NCBI GenBank assembly: GCA_937907215.1
Contig: CALESG010000110.1
Location: forward strand, 4,635 to 68,634
Length of the DNA stretch: 64,000 bases
Direction: 5' to 3'
Source of the DNA: an uncultured Ruminococcus sp.
Lineage (GTDB): Bacteria > Bacillota > Clostridia > Oscillospirales > Ruminococcaceae
A program made the translations under genes and the position numbers. Positions within the stretch are counted from its first letter, which is position 1; the number at the start of each line of letters is the position of its first letter. Under the pieces are notes generated by a model. It saw only the letters and a list, made by a program, of their open reading frames with translations. It had not been told where the DNA came from and did not search any database. Of the stretch, positions 40,675 through 51,214 are shown piece by piece.

Positions 40675-41286
40675 TTAACCAATAGTTCTCTTTACAGATT
40701 CAACTATTATATCGGAACAAAGATCTATTCCAAGTGTGCTGCTATTAAGACAGAGTGCATAATTTGACTTATCATACCAGTTTCCACCTGTATTTATGCT
40801 ATAAAATGTTTCTCTTCTCTTATCCGATTTTCTAAGCATAGCTTCAGCCCTTCTTGGCTCTATGCCGTAATTATCAACTGCTCTCTTAACTCTTGTTTCT
40901 GTATCAGCATATATAAATGTACTGAATGTTCTATCGAGTTCACGCAAAATATAGCTTGCACATCTGCCTACTATTACGCAATCTTCTTTTTCTGCCAGCT
41001 CTTTTATAATATTTGTTTCTACTATATATACTTTATCAGACAGTGGTAAATTATCTTCTATTGAACGTGTTGGATTGGATGAAAGCATAAGTGTATATAA
41101 AAAGCTCTTTGGAGCGGCTTCTTCAGCACTTGCAAGATAATCTACAGATACACCGCATCTCTCAGATGCCATCTCAAGTATTTCTCTGTTATAAAACGCT
41201 ATTCCGAGTTTTTCTGCCACCTTTTGTCCTACTTCACGTCCGCCGCTTGCGTATTCTCTTTCGATTGTGATAATTCTGTTGCTCAT
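40675..41286 (-). CDS. cytidylate-kinase-like family protein
   Basis: ITIEREYASGGREVG, CVIVGRCA, DKRR..FY. Confidence 0.85.
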   Translation of the reverse strand: MSNRIITIEREYASGGREVGQKVAEKLGIAFYNREILEMASERCGVSVDYLASAEEAAPKSFLYTLMLSSNPTRSIEDNLPLSDKVYIVETNIIKELAEKEDCVIVGRCASYILRELDRTFSTFIYADTETRVKRAVDNYGIEPRRAEAMLRKSDKRRETFYSINTGGNWYDKSNYALCLNSSTLGIDLCSDIIVESVKRTIG

Positions 41287-41501
41287 ATTCTAAGCTCCTT
41301 TCGTATTATATATGTGTTTTTTCTATTATAGCATATTTTAATGAAAAAATCATTAGTTTTTTTATATTTTCTATCAATAAAACCAATTTTCAGCAATTTC
41401 AACAACTGTAAAGCTATCGTATTATGCACATTGTAAACATTTTACAGGCAAATGATTACTTTTTATTGTTTTTTCTGAATTATAAGCAATTAAATCTTAT
41501 C

Positions 41502-43667
41502 TTACTCTGCTCCACGCATTATAGCATTAACTATGGATGGATAATACCAAGTACAATCATTGCGATTTAAAAGACCAAATCCATTATCGCCATCAGAATT
41601 TACCGAACCATTGTCCCATATAAAACATTTTATTCCATTCTGCTTTGCACTCTTTACATAATATTCAATATGAGCTGCTCTATCTGCTGTATTATCATGC
41701 TTATTTACAGAACCGCATTCATCAATAATTACAGGAACACCCTTACTTATAAATGTATCTGCAAGATATTTGAAGTTTTTATCAAGCTCTGCTTTATCAG
41801 CGTCGCTGCCCCATGTTGAACGGTCACTTTCAGTTCCGCAAAAATCCCATGGTGCATAACTATGAATAGAAACTATAATATGATCGTCATTCGGAACCTT
41901 AACATCACTTACCGCTGCTTCTGTTATAGATTGTGCATGAGATGTTACTATAAGAGTTCTGTCTGCATTAAGTCCGCCGGTACTTCGTACTGTTTCAACA
42001 AATTTTGCAAAAAGCTGATTTATAACATCTCTCTCTTCAGGAGTACCGCCACTCCATTCAGTTGATGAACCCACTACACGTGGTTCATTCATGCCTTCAA
42101 AAATAAGATGATGATCGTATTCTCCAAAGGTGCTGCAAATCTGTTCCCAAATATGCATAAGTTTCTTTTCTACATTTGCTTGTTCACTATATGTAGGTGT
42201 GATCCATGTATAATCATCGTGATGCACATTCAATATAACGTACATACCGTCATTATATGCATAATCAACTACTTCCTTTACACGTGACATCCATGCTGAA
42301 TCAATAGTACCATCAGATGACATATGCTCGCTCCACGTTACAGGAATTCTAACTGCATTAAAGCCGGCATCTTTTACAGCACTGATCATTGCCTGAGTGG
42401 TCTTAGGATTTCCCCAACCGGTTTCTGTATCTGCACTGTTTGTATCGTAACTGTCAAGAGTATTTCCAAGGTTCCAGCCTACTTTAATATCATTTACAAT
42501 TTCAGCTGAAGACATTTTGTTAACATCTTCAGAAGAGGCTGTTGTACCTGAACTTGAATCAAGCTTTTCATCATCTGTCACAGCATTTGTATGTGATGTT
42601 TCTCCTGTAGAATTACTATAACGTACAGATACTCTGTCAAGAGTTACTGTCGGCTGATCGCTCCACCAAAATCCAAGCATAACCTGACCATCCGGAGAAA
42701 TATCTTGCTTTATATTATCAGGCACTATCCATGTAAGAGAAAGATTCGATGAATCTGTAATTACAGCAAAATCATTGCTCTGATACCAGTTTTCATCTGT
42801 TGCGGCTTTGCTGTTATCTTTAAGCGATATGCCAAATGCTCCTGTAAACTTGCCCAAGCTTCCGCCTGATGAAATATCAAATGTTACTGTTTGAAGTGTA
42901 TCATCAGAACTCAAAAGCTCGGTCAAATCGATTTTTCCTGTTTTGGAATCTTCATCACCAAAGCTGAGTGATTTAGCTGGATTTGCAGCATTCTGACCAT
43001 CGACAGGAATTTCAGCTGTTTTGGTATAATTGCAGACAATACTGCTCAAGCGTACCTGCTGAACTTCGCTCCACCAATAACCGATAAGTACTTCACCAGC
43101 AGAATCAATATATGGAACAACATCTGATGGAACATTCCAAGTTATTTCAGCATAAGCACCGTTTACCGCATACTCAAAATCATCTGACTGATACCAGCCT
43201 TCATCTGTTGCAGCTTTGCAGTCATCTGTTACAGATATACCACAAGCTCCTTTGTAATTCACCATATCAGAAACATCGTCCGATGAATAGAAAATAAAGG
43301 TAAACGAATTTACAGTATCGCCTTCTTCTATCATATCAGAAAGTTTAGCTTTATATGTATTAGTACCATCTCTGTCAAGCATAGCGTCAATATTGCTAAG
43401 CTCTGTACCAAGAGCAGCACTTACTGTTTCCATAGGACTTATGTGTTCTGTCGGCTGCTCCTCTTCTGATGCCTTTGTTTCTTCGTCATTATCAGAAGCT
43501 GCCTTTTCGGCATCTGTTTCAGTTTCCTTTTCAGACGCCTCAGTAACTGCCTCTGTTGCCTTTTCAGCAGTACTGCTGCTTTCATTGCTGTTTGAGGAAC
43601 AACCAGAAAAAACTGTTCCTAGACACATAACAGTCATTGCCGCTGCAAGATATGATTTCCATTTCAT
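41502..43667 (-). CDS. GH5 endoglucanase lipoprotein with two tandem accessory domains
   Basis: Lipobox FSGC; GWNLGNTLD, RIPVTW, ILNVHHD, FEGMNEPR, HSYAP, IIDECG. Confidence 0.9.
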   Translation of the reverse strand: MKWKSYLAAAMTVMCLGTVFSGCSSNSNESSSTAEKATEAVTEASEKETETDAEKAASDNDEETKASEEEQPTEHISPMETVSAALGTELSNIDAMLDRDGTNTYKAKLSDMIEEGDTVNSFTFIFYSSDDVSDMVNYKGACGISVTDDCKAATDEGWYQSDDFEYAVNGAYAEITWNVPSDVVPYIDSAGEVLIGYWWSEVQQVRLSSIVCNYTKTAEIPVDGQNAANPAKSLSFGDEDSKTGKIDLTELLSSDDTLQTVTFDISSGGSLGKFTGAFGISLKDNSKAATDENWYQSNDFAVITDSSNLSLTWIVPDNIKQDISPDGQVMLGFWWSDQPTVTLDRVSVRYSNSTGETSHTNAVTDDEKLDSSSGTTASSEDVNKMSSAEIVNDIKVGWNLGNTLDSYDTNSADTETGWGNPKTTQAMISAVKDAGFNAVRIPVTWSEHMSSDGTIDSAWMSRVKEVVDYAYNDGMYVILNVHHDDYTWITPTYSEQANVEKKLMHIWEQICSTFGEYDHHLIFEGMNEPRVVGSSTEWSGGTPEERDVINQLFAKFVETVRSTGGLNADRTLIVTSHAQSITEAAVSDVKVPNDDHIIVSIHSYAPWDFCGTESDRSTWGSDADKAELDKNFKYLADTFISKGVPVIIDECGSVNKHDNTADRAAHIEYYVKSAKQNGIKCFIWDNGSVNSDGDNGFGLLNRNDCTWYYPSIVNAIMRGAE

Positions 43668-43760
43668 AATATCATCTTCTCCTTAAATTATTATAATATC
43701 AAAAGAATCAGGCTGTTCTAAAAAGAACAGCCTGCATACTTTTTAACGTATTTTAACGTG

Positions 43761-44582
43761 TCAACGTGCACCTTTCTTTTCAAATACCACCTTGACAGTT
43801 TTAAGAATGAGCTTTAGATCAGCCTTTATAGACCGTTCCTTTATGTATCTGATGTCACTTTCAACCCATTCATCAAAAGGCATATCGCTTCTGCCATTAC
43901 ATTGACAATAACATGAAAGTCCACCTTTTACAAGCAATCTCTGCATCTGATATGGTGTATATAAATTTACTTCACGTGGCAGCGGTGGTCTTGGTCCTAT
44001 AAGTGACATATCGCCTTTAAGCACGTTAAACAACTGAGGAAGTTCATCTATAGATGTCTTTCTTAAAAATTGTCCGATTTTAGTAACTCTTGGGTCATTT
44101 TCCATCTTGAATGCCAATCCGTCACACTGATTTGTCTTTTGCACCTCAGCAAATCTTTCTTCAGCGTCCATACACATAGAACGGAACTTATACATATTAA
44201 ATGTCTTGCCGTCTTTTGTAAGACGTACCTGTGAAAAAATAGGATTTCCTTTATCTTCACGGTAAATAAGCAGAGAAACAATTCCCATAGGCACTGCCAA
44301 TACTGCTATTCCACAAAGAGAACATACAATATCAAATGTTCTCTTGACTGCACAGTAAATTCTTCCTCCGCCAGGTTTAATATCACTGCTGCTAATAGTA
44401 TTTTTCACATTGTCAGAAAGTTTTTTAAGTGCTGCTTCATCAAAATCAATAACTGGATAATCCGTTATTCCGCTGTCGACAACTGTTTTTTCAGATTTTT
44501 CAAATATGCGTTCAGGTGCATATTTTACCGAACTTCTAGATGCAAAAAAATCGTCATACAACGCTGTTTCGTTGCTGCTCAT
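43761..44582 (-). CDS. priming sugar (phosphoglycosyl) transferase
   Basis: KRTFD, YKFRSM, DPRVT..G.FLRKTSIDELPQL.NVLKGDMSLIGPRP. Confidence 0.92.
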   Translation of the reverse strand: MSSNETALYDDFFASRSSVKYAPERIFEKSEKTVVDSGITDYPVIDFDEAALKKLSDNVKNTISSSDIKPGGGRIYCAVKRTFDIVCSLCGIAVLAVPMGIVSLLIYREDKGNPIFSQVRLTKDGKTFNMYKFRSMCMDAEERFAEVQKTNQCDGLAFKMENDPRVTKIGQFLRKTSIDELPQLFNVLKGDMSLIGPRPPLPREVNLYTPYQMQRLLVKGGLSCYCQCNGRSDMPFDEWVESDIRYIKERSIKADLKLILKTVKVVFEKKGAR

Positions 44583-44844
44583 AAAAAAATTCCTCCTTTA
44601 TAATTTTTTCATTTAATCTATCCCTTGTTACAGCTTATAGGATCGCCGCAGCATAACTCACCACAAAGCTATATCATACATTATAACATATTTATTTCAA
44701 AAATGGAACCCTTTTTCCCTTAGTCAAAGCAACAATATTATTATCATCTTCATTTTTAATTTGTACGCTTGTTACAAAACAGATACAAAATTATACAATC
44801 ATTCACCTTTTGAGAAATTTCACTTTACAAAAATTTGTTTTGAT

Positions 44845-44873
44845 TGACAATAATAGAATTATGTGATAAAATA
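44845..44873 (+). promoter_or_regulatory. sigma-A promoter
   Basis: TTGACA-17bp-TAAAAT with extended TG. Confidence 0.6.
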
Positions 44874-44929
44874 AATTAAGATTTATTAAGATTTTAAAAT
44901 CCATATTTATTGAAAGGAGTCCTTTTATC

Positions 44930-45355
44930 ATGGACGCTACAACTTTTCCAATTTCGCTTACATATCATATAGTATTTTGTGCTGTTGCCTGCATTTTCTT
45001 TGTGATTCAATATGTTCGTACAAAGAAATCATATCAGCTTCTTTTAGCTATAGGCATACCTGCGTCGCTGTTTATATACATAAAGCCGGATAACAGCTCG
45101 CTTTTTTATACAGTAGGCGTTTTTGAAACAATTATTTTAATCGGTGCTTTAATATTTGCAATAATAGAACGCAATCGCCGAAAGCAGGAAATCGAAGACA
45201 CAACTCCGCTGCCGGATATTTCAGAAAAGCACACTGATAGTGAAAATATTCAGCCTGAGCAGCCAGAAGAAAATTCTGAAAAAGCGCCTGAAGAAAATCC
45301 GAAAAATTCTGAAGAGCCAGAATCTGAAGAAAATTCAAACGGTAAAAACGAATGA
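44930..45355 (+). CDS. hypothetical 3-TM membrane protein
   Basis: GAAAGGAG RBS; three hydrophobic segments and an acidic tail. Confidence 0.75.
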   Translation: MDATTFPISLTYHIVFCAVACIFFVIQYVRTKKSYQLLLAIGIPASLFIYIKPDNSSLFYTVGVFETIILIGALIFAIIERNRRKQEIEDTTPLPDISEKHTDSENIQPEQPEENSEKAPEENPKNSEEPESEENSNGKNE

Positions 45356-46308
45356 AAATAGTTATAACTGACTGGCAGACAATGAGCTGCAAAGATGAGA
45401 TCTCTTATAAATGTTTTGAAAACTTTGGAAATGTTTTTGCCTATCCGCTCACCGCACTTGAAGAAACCGCAATGCGAATTGGTGATGCTGAAATTCTCCT
45501 TTGCAATAAAACACCAATAACAGCTGATGTAATAAAACAGTGCAGCAACCTTCGATATATAGGCGTTCTTGCTACAGGATACAACAACATCGATATGGCT
45601 GCCGCCGCAGATGCCGGAATAACTGTTTGCAATGCAGGAACATATTCAACTGATGCTGTTGCTCAATATGTATTTGCGCAGATACTTTATCATTACAATA
45701 AGATTCATTTGTATGATGAAAGTGTGCGAAACGGTGACTGGATAAAAGCTCCTGCATTTTCATATTTTCCATTCCCTGCATATGAACTAAGCGGTAAAAC
45801 TCTTGCAGTTATCGGATATGGCAGTATTGGCAAAAAGGTAGCAAAAATAGGCGATGCATTCGGTATGAATGTAATTATAAGCACACGAACCAAACCTGAA
45901 AACTGCACATTTAAACTCGTAAGTATACAAGAAGCATTTTCAAAAGCTGATGTACTTACTATACATACTCCATTAACACCAAAAACAAAAGGGCTTGTTT
46001 CAAGAGAAAATATTGCTCTTATGAAGCCTTCTGCTCTTCTTATAAATTCATCAAGAGGTCCTGTTGTAGATGAATACGCTTTAGCAGATGCTCTCAAAAA
46101 AGGCATGATCGCAGGAGCAGCAGTTGACGTTCTTGAAAAAGAACCTATGGACAGCGAATCACCTTTAAAAGACATTCCAAATTGTACTATAACACCACAT
46201 ATTGCTTGGTCACCTATTGAAACAAGACAAAGACTTCTTGATATTGCATATTGTAATCTTAAAGCATACCTTCAAGGGAAACCGCAAAATGTAGTCAGTA
46301 TATATTAA
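45352..46308 (+). CDS. D-2-hydroxyacid dehydrogenase (glycerate dehydrogenase-like)
   Basis: ATGYNNID, GYGSIG, INSSRG, DVLEKEP, TPHIAW. Confidence 0.9.
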   Translation: MKIVITDWQTMSCKDEISYKCFENFGNVFAYPLTALEETAMRIGDAEILLCNKTPITADVIKQCSNLRYIGVLATGYNNIDMAAAADAGITVCNAGTYSTDAVAQYVFAQILYHYNKIHLYDESVRNGDWIKAPAFSYFPFPAYELSGKTLAVIGYGSIGKKVAKIGDAFGMNVIISTRTKPENCTFKLVSIQEAFSKADVLTIHTPLTPKTKGLVSRENIALMKPSALLINSSRGPVVDEYALADALKKGMIAGAAVDVLEKEPMDSESPLKDIPNCTITPHIAWSPIETRQRLLDIAYCNLKAYLQGKPQNVVSIY

Positions 46309-46330
46309 AAATGAAAGGCATCTATAAAAT

Positions 46331-47134
46331 ATGTTTGATATTTCCTCAAAAAAAAGAATTGTACTTAAACTCGGAACATCCACGCTTACCCACAAAACAG
46401 GCAAGCTGAATATCCGCCGTATGAAAAATCTTATACAAATCCTTGCAGATCTGCATAATTCAGGAAGAGAAATTATAATAGTTTCTTCCGGTGCGGTCGG
46501 CATGGGCATAGGCAAATTGAATTTAACATCAAAGCCTACTGATACTCCCACAAAACAGGCTGTAGCTGCTGTTGGACAGTGTGAACTTATGCACACTTAT
46601 GATAATATGTTTGAAAAATATAATGTTACAGTAGCTCAGATACTGCTTACCAAGCACATTTTATCAAATGGTCTTTCCAATGTTCAGAATACTCTTCAAA
46701 GACTGCTTGAAATGGGTGTAATTCCTATTGTAAATGAAAACGATACGGTAGCTATTGATGAACTTGAACTGAAAATTGGCGAAAATGATTCTCTTGCCGC
46801 TATGGTTGCAAATATCGCTGACGCTGACCTGCTTATAATAATGTCTGATATTGACGGACTTTATTCTTCAGATCCTCATAAGAACCCGGATGCCAAGGTA
46901 ATACCTGTTGTTGAAAAAATAGATGAAAATATTGTAGAAATGGCAGGCGGTGCAGGTTCTGCTCTGGGAACAGGCGGAATGGCTACAAAAATAAGTGCTG
47001 CAAAAATGGTTACAGATGCAGGCATTGATATGATAATAATGAATGGCAAAGATCCTGAAAAGCTCTATGACCTATTCGACAACAAAGAAGTAGGTACAGT
47101 ATTTCTAGCAAAAAATTATTCTGATAAATCTTAA
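46331..47134 (+). CDS. proB: glutamate 5-kinase (no PUA domain)
   Basis: KLGTSTL, VSSGAV, PIVNENDTV, GTGGMATK. Confidence 0.95.
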   Translation: MFDISSKKRIVLKLGTSTLTHKTGKLNIRRMKNLIQILADLHNSGREIIIVSSGAVGMGIGKLNLTSKPTDTPTKQAVAAVGQCELMHTYDNMFEKYNVTVAQILLTKHILSNGLSNVQNTLQRLLEMGVIPIVNENDTVAIDELELKIGENDSLAAMVANIADADLLIIMSDIDGLYSSDPHKNPDAKVIPVVEKIDENIVEMAGGAGSALGTGGMATKISAAKMVTDAGIDMIIMNGKDPEKLYDLFDNKEVGTVFLAKNYSDKS

Positions 47135-47177
47135 AATACAATACAATTTCATAGAATATAGAAAGGTAGGATAATAT

Positions 47178-48440
47178 ATGAATTACGCACAGACACTTGG
47201 TGAAAAATCAAAAGCAGCAGCCGCTAAAATGGCAGCTGTTTCACCGGAATCAAAAAACGCTGCTCTCTATGCAATTTCCAAAGCTCTTATTGAAAGAAAA
47301 GATGAGATAATTAGCGCAAATGAACTCGACTTAAAAGCTGCTGTGGAAAACAATATGAGTGCTGCAATGCAGGATAGACTCCGTCTTACAAATGCACGTA
47401 TTGAAGGAATGGCGAATTCTATATCCAAACTTATAGCTATGGACGACCCAATAGGCTCTGTTATACAGGGCAGCGTTCGTCCAAATGGTCTTAGAATTGT
47501 AAAAACACGTGTACCACTCGGATCAATCGGTATAATTTTTGAATCACGTCCAAATGTTACTGTAGACGCAGCTACTCTTTGTCTAAAATCAGGAAATGCA
47601 GTTCTGCTTCGTGGCGGTAAAGAGGCAATAAATTCAAATATATGTCTTACAAAGATAATGCGTGATGCTGTAGAAACTGCCGGTCTGCCAAAAGATTGTA
47701 TTCAGCTTGTAGAAGATACATCAAGAGAAACTGCTTCTGATATGATGAAACTCAATGGATATTTGGACGTATTGATACCAAGAGGCGGTGCTGGACTAAT
47801 TCAATCTGTAGTTAAACAGGCAACTGTACCTGTAATTGAAACAGGAGCCGGAAATTGTCATATATATATTGATAAGTGTTTGCCAACAAATGAAGATTTT
47901 GAAATGGCGGTCAAAGTTGTAGATAATGCAAAAACTCAGCGTCCGTCTGTCTGCAATGCAATTGAAGGCATTGTTGTACATGAAAATGTAGCAGAAAAAA
48001 TTCTGCCAATGATAAAATCCGCACTTGATTTGCATGATGTTATAATTTACGGTGATGAAAAAACTGCTGCTATACTTGGCAAATGTGTTCTTCCGGCAAC
48101 TGATGAAATTTACAATACTGAATTTAATGATTATAAGCTCTCAGTAAAAATTGTATCATCATTTGATGAAGCTCTTGCTCATATAGCTAAATACAGCACA
48201 AAACATTCTGAATGCATAATAACAAAAGATTTTGATGCTGCAATGCGTTTCCAGAGAGAAGTTGATGCAGCAGCTGTATATGTAAATGCATCAACAAGAT
48301 TTACAGACGGCGAAGAATTCGGTTTTGGAGCTGAAATAGGTATCTCTACTCAAAAGCTTCACGCAAGAGGTCCAATGGCTCTTACTGAACTTACAACAGT
48401 AAAATATCTGATCGATGGAACCGGTCAGATAAGACAGTAA
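47178..48440 (+). CDS. proA: gamma-glutamyl phosphate reductase
   Basis: FESRPNVT, RPSVCNA, NASTRFTDG, STQKLHARGP. Confidence 0.96.
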   Translation: MNYAQTLGEKSKAAAAKMAAVSPESKNAALYAISKALIERKDEIISANELDLKAAVENNMSAAMQDRLRLTNARIEGMANSISKLIAMDDPIGSVIQGSVRPNGLRIVKTRVPLGSIGIIFESRPNVTVDAATLCLKSGNAVLLRGGKEAINSNICLTKIMRDAVETAGLPKDCIQLVEDTSRETASDMMKLNGYLDVLIPRGGAGLIQSVVKQATVPVIETGAGNCHIYIDKCLPTNEDFEMAVKVVDNAKTQRPSVCNAIEGIVVHENVAEKILPMIKSALDLHDVIIYGDEKTAAILGKCVLPATDEIYNTEFNDYKLSVKIVSSFDEALAHIAKYSTKHSECIITKDFDAAMRFQREVDAAAVYVNASTRFTDGEEFGFGAEIGISTQKLHARGPMALTELTTVKYLIDGTGQIRQ

Positions 48441-48586
48441 TCATAAGACTCAAAAATATATGCTGCTGCAAACTTGAATTTTGTAGCAGCATTTTATTTC
48501 TACTTTGAAAAAGTTACTCATAGCTGTTGCAAAAATAGAAATAATGTAGTATAATAATAAAAACAGAGAATATGGGAGGAACAACT

Positions 48587-50449
48587 ATGTGCGGATTTAT
48601 AGGCTTCACTAATACGATCTCCAATGCTGATTCGGTTCTTGGCACGATGCTTGATAAAATCAAACATCGTGGTCCAGATGCAGAAGGTAAATATGTTGAT
48701 GACAATATTGCCCTAGGTCATAGAAGACTCAGTATCATTGATGTTTCCGATGCAGGAAATCAGCCGCTGTACAGCGAGGACGGCAAACTTATCCTTGTAT
48801 TCAATGGAGAGATCTATAACTATAAAACAATAAAAGCTGAACTTATAAAAAAGGGCTATAAATTCAAAACCCAAACTGATTCCGAAGTCCTTATATATGG
48901 ATACAGAGAATACGGCGAAAAACTACTCGAAAAACTGCGTGGTATGTTTGCATTTATCATATGGGATAAAGAAAACAAATCCATTTTTGGTGCAAGGGAT
49001 TTTTTCGGCATAAAACCTCTCTATTACGCACAAATGGGCAAGACATTCATGTTCGGTTCAGAAATAAAAAGCTTTTTATGTCATCCGGATTTTAAAAAAG
49101 AACTGAATACCGACGCTCTTGAAAATTACCTTTCTTTCCAATATTCACCCTGTACAGAAACTTTCTTTAAGGGTGTATATAAGCTTCCTCCTGCCCACTG
49201 CTTTACTTACAAAAACGGAAAATTAGAAATAAAAAGATATTGGGAAGTAAAATTCACACCTGATGAAAAGCCGGAGCTTGATGAATGGGTAAACCGCATA
49301 TCCGATACTTTCCACGATTCTGTAAAGGCTCACAAAATTGCTGATGTAGAAGTTGGCTCATTCTTGTCAAGCGGCGTTGATTCAAGCTATGTAGCTGCTA
49401 TTGCAAATGTAGATAAAACATTTACAGTTGGATTTGGCAATGAAGAACGCTATAATGAAATAGGCTGGGCTAAAGAATTTTCAGAAGCAATAAACATAAA
49501 GAATTACAACAAAGTAATCTCACCTGAAGAATACTGGAACATACTGCCTTTGATCCAATACCACATGGACGAACCCCTTGCAGATCCATCAGCAGTTGCA
49601 CTTTATTTTGTGTGCAATTTGGCATCACGTTCACTTAAAGTAGCTCTTTCCGGTGAAGGTGCTGATGAAATATTTGGCGGATATAATGTATACAGCGACC
49701 CCGGTTCTACATTTTATGATAAACTTCCTATCGGTTTAAGGCACGGCATTGCATCTGTTGTAAGCAAACTGCCTGCTAAAAGAGGTCTTAACTTTTTTGT
49801 AAGAAAAGGCAGAACAGTTGAAGAGAGATTTATCGGCAATGCCTATATGTTTAGTCCAAAGGAAAGAAAAGAACTTCTTAAAATAAAAACAAACGCACCT
49901 GACCCTACTGCAATCACAAAGCCGTTTTATGACAAGGTAAAAGATAAAGACGATGTAACAAAAATGCAGTACCTTGACCTTCATATGTGGATGACAGGTG
50001 ATATACTCTTAAAAGCTGACAAGATGAGTATGGCAAATTCTTTGGAAGTAAGAGTTCCGTTTCTTGATAAGGAGGTAATGGCTCTTGCTGAACAAATACC
50101 TACAAAATACAGAGTATCTCACAAAAGCACTTCTGATGGTATGAAATATACTACAAAATATGCTATGAGAATGGCTGCGAAAAAGGATACGCCGCCAAGT
50201 ACTGCCAAAACAGCTGTAAAGAAAAAACTCGGATTCCCTGTTCCTATTCGTGTATGGCTCAAAGAAGACGGATATTACAATATAGTAAAAAATGCATTTA
50301 CCGGAGAAGCGGCTGAAAAATATTTTAATACAGATAAACTTGTAGAGCTTTTGGATGATCATAGATCAGGTAAAGGTGATTACAGCCGTAAAATCTGGAC
50401 TGTTTATATGTTCCTTGTATGGTATGACGTTTATTTTGGAAAAGTGTGA
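48587..50449 (+). CDS. asnB: asparagine synthase (glutamine-hydrolysing)
   Basis: MCG N-terminus, HRGPD, RLSIID, FNGEIYN, SSGVDSS, SGEGADE. Confidence 0.94.
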   Translation: MCGFIGFTNTISNADSVLGTMLDKIKHRGPDAEGKYVDDNIALGHRRLSIIDVSDAGNQPLYSEDGKLILVFNGEIYNYKTIKAELIKKGYKFKTQTDSEVLIYGYREYGEKLLEKLRGMFAFIIWDKENKSIFGARDFFGIKPLYYAQMGKTFMFGSEIKSFLCHPDFKKELNTDALENYLSFQYSPCTETFFKGVYKLPPAHCFTYKNGKLEIKRYWEVKFTPDEKPELDEWVNRISDTFHDSVKAHKIADVEVGSFLSSGVDSSYVAAIANVDKTFTVGFGNEERYNEIGWAKEFSEAINIKNYNKVISPEEYWNILPLIQYHMDEPLADPSAVALYFVCNLASRSLKVALSGEGADEIFGGYNVYSDPGSTFYDKLPIGLRHGIASVVSKLPAKRGLNFFVRKGRTVEERFIGNAYMFSPKERKELLKIKTNAPDPTAITKPFYDKVKDKDDVTKMQYLDLHMWMTGDILLKADKMSMANSLEVRVPFLDKEVMALAEQIPTKYRVSHKSTSDGMKYTTKYAMRMAAKKDTPPSTAKTAVKKKLGFPVPIRVWLKEDGYYNIVKNAFTGEAAEKYFNTDKLVELLDDHRSGKGDYSRKIWTVYMFLVWYDVYFGKV

Positions 50450-50476
50450 TCAAATACTTTTTAAGGAGGGAGATCG

Positions 50477-51145
50477 GTGGCAAGTAATGTGACTTATGAA
50501 TATATCAGAAGAAATCCGGCTGTTTTAGAATATGTAAGACGTGCTGACAAGGTTATGGAATCTATTGGATATACAGAACACTCTTTTGCACACGTGGAAA
50601 AGGTTTCTTATGTGTCTTCAATGATACTTGAGGAACTTGGGTATCCGGAAAGAACAGTAGAACTTGCAAAGATAGCCGGTTTTCTTCATGATATAGGAAA
50701 TGTAATAAACCGCAATGACCACGCTCAAAGCGGTGCTGTAATGGCATTTGTTTTGCTTGATAAACTTCATATGCCTGCTGATGAAGTATGCTCCATTATT
50801 TCCGCAATAGGGAACCATGATGAAAGCACCGCTCAACCGGTAGATCCAATATCGGCGGCTCTTATTCTTGCCGATAAAACAGACGTTCGCCGAAGTCGTG
50901 TAAGAAATACTACTTTTACATCATTTGATATTCATGACAGAGTAAATTATGCTGTTACAAATTCAAAGCTTACTGTTTCGGATGATAAAACGAGTTTTAC
51001 TTTGGAATTGAATATCGATACTGAAATATCTTCGGTACTTGAATATTTTGAAATATTTATGGACAGAATGCTGCTGTGCAAACGTGCAGCACAATATTTT
51101 GGAATGTCATTTAAAATATATATGAATGGCACTATTGTACTTTAA
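50477..51145 (+). CDS. HD-domain phosphohydrolase
   Basis: TEHSFAH, LHDIGN, GNHDE, ADKTD; GTG start. Confidence 0.85.
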   Translation: MASNVTYEYIRRNPAVLEYVRRADKVMESIGYTEHSFAHVEKVSYVSSMILEELGYPERTVELAKIAGFLHDIGNVINRNDHAQSGAVMAFVLLDKLHMPADEVCSIISAIGNHDESTAQPVDPISAALILADKTDVRRSRVRNTTFTSFDIHDRVNYAVTNSKLTVSDDKTSFTLELNIDTEISSVLEYFEIFMDRMLLCKRAAQYFGMSFKIYMNGTIVL

Positions 51146-51214
51146 TTTAAGCAATGCTTTAATATCGCAGATATAATTTTTTATATCTACGATAAAATAT
51201 AGGAGGTTTCAAAT

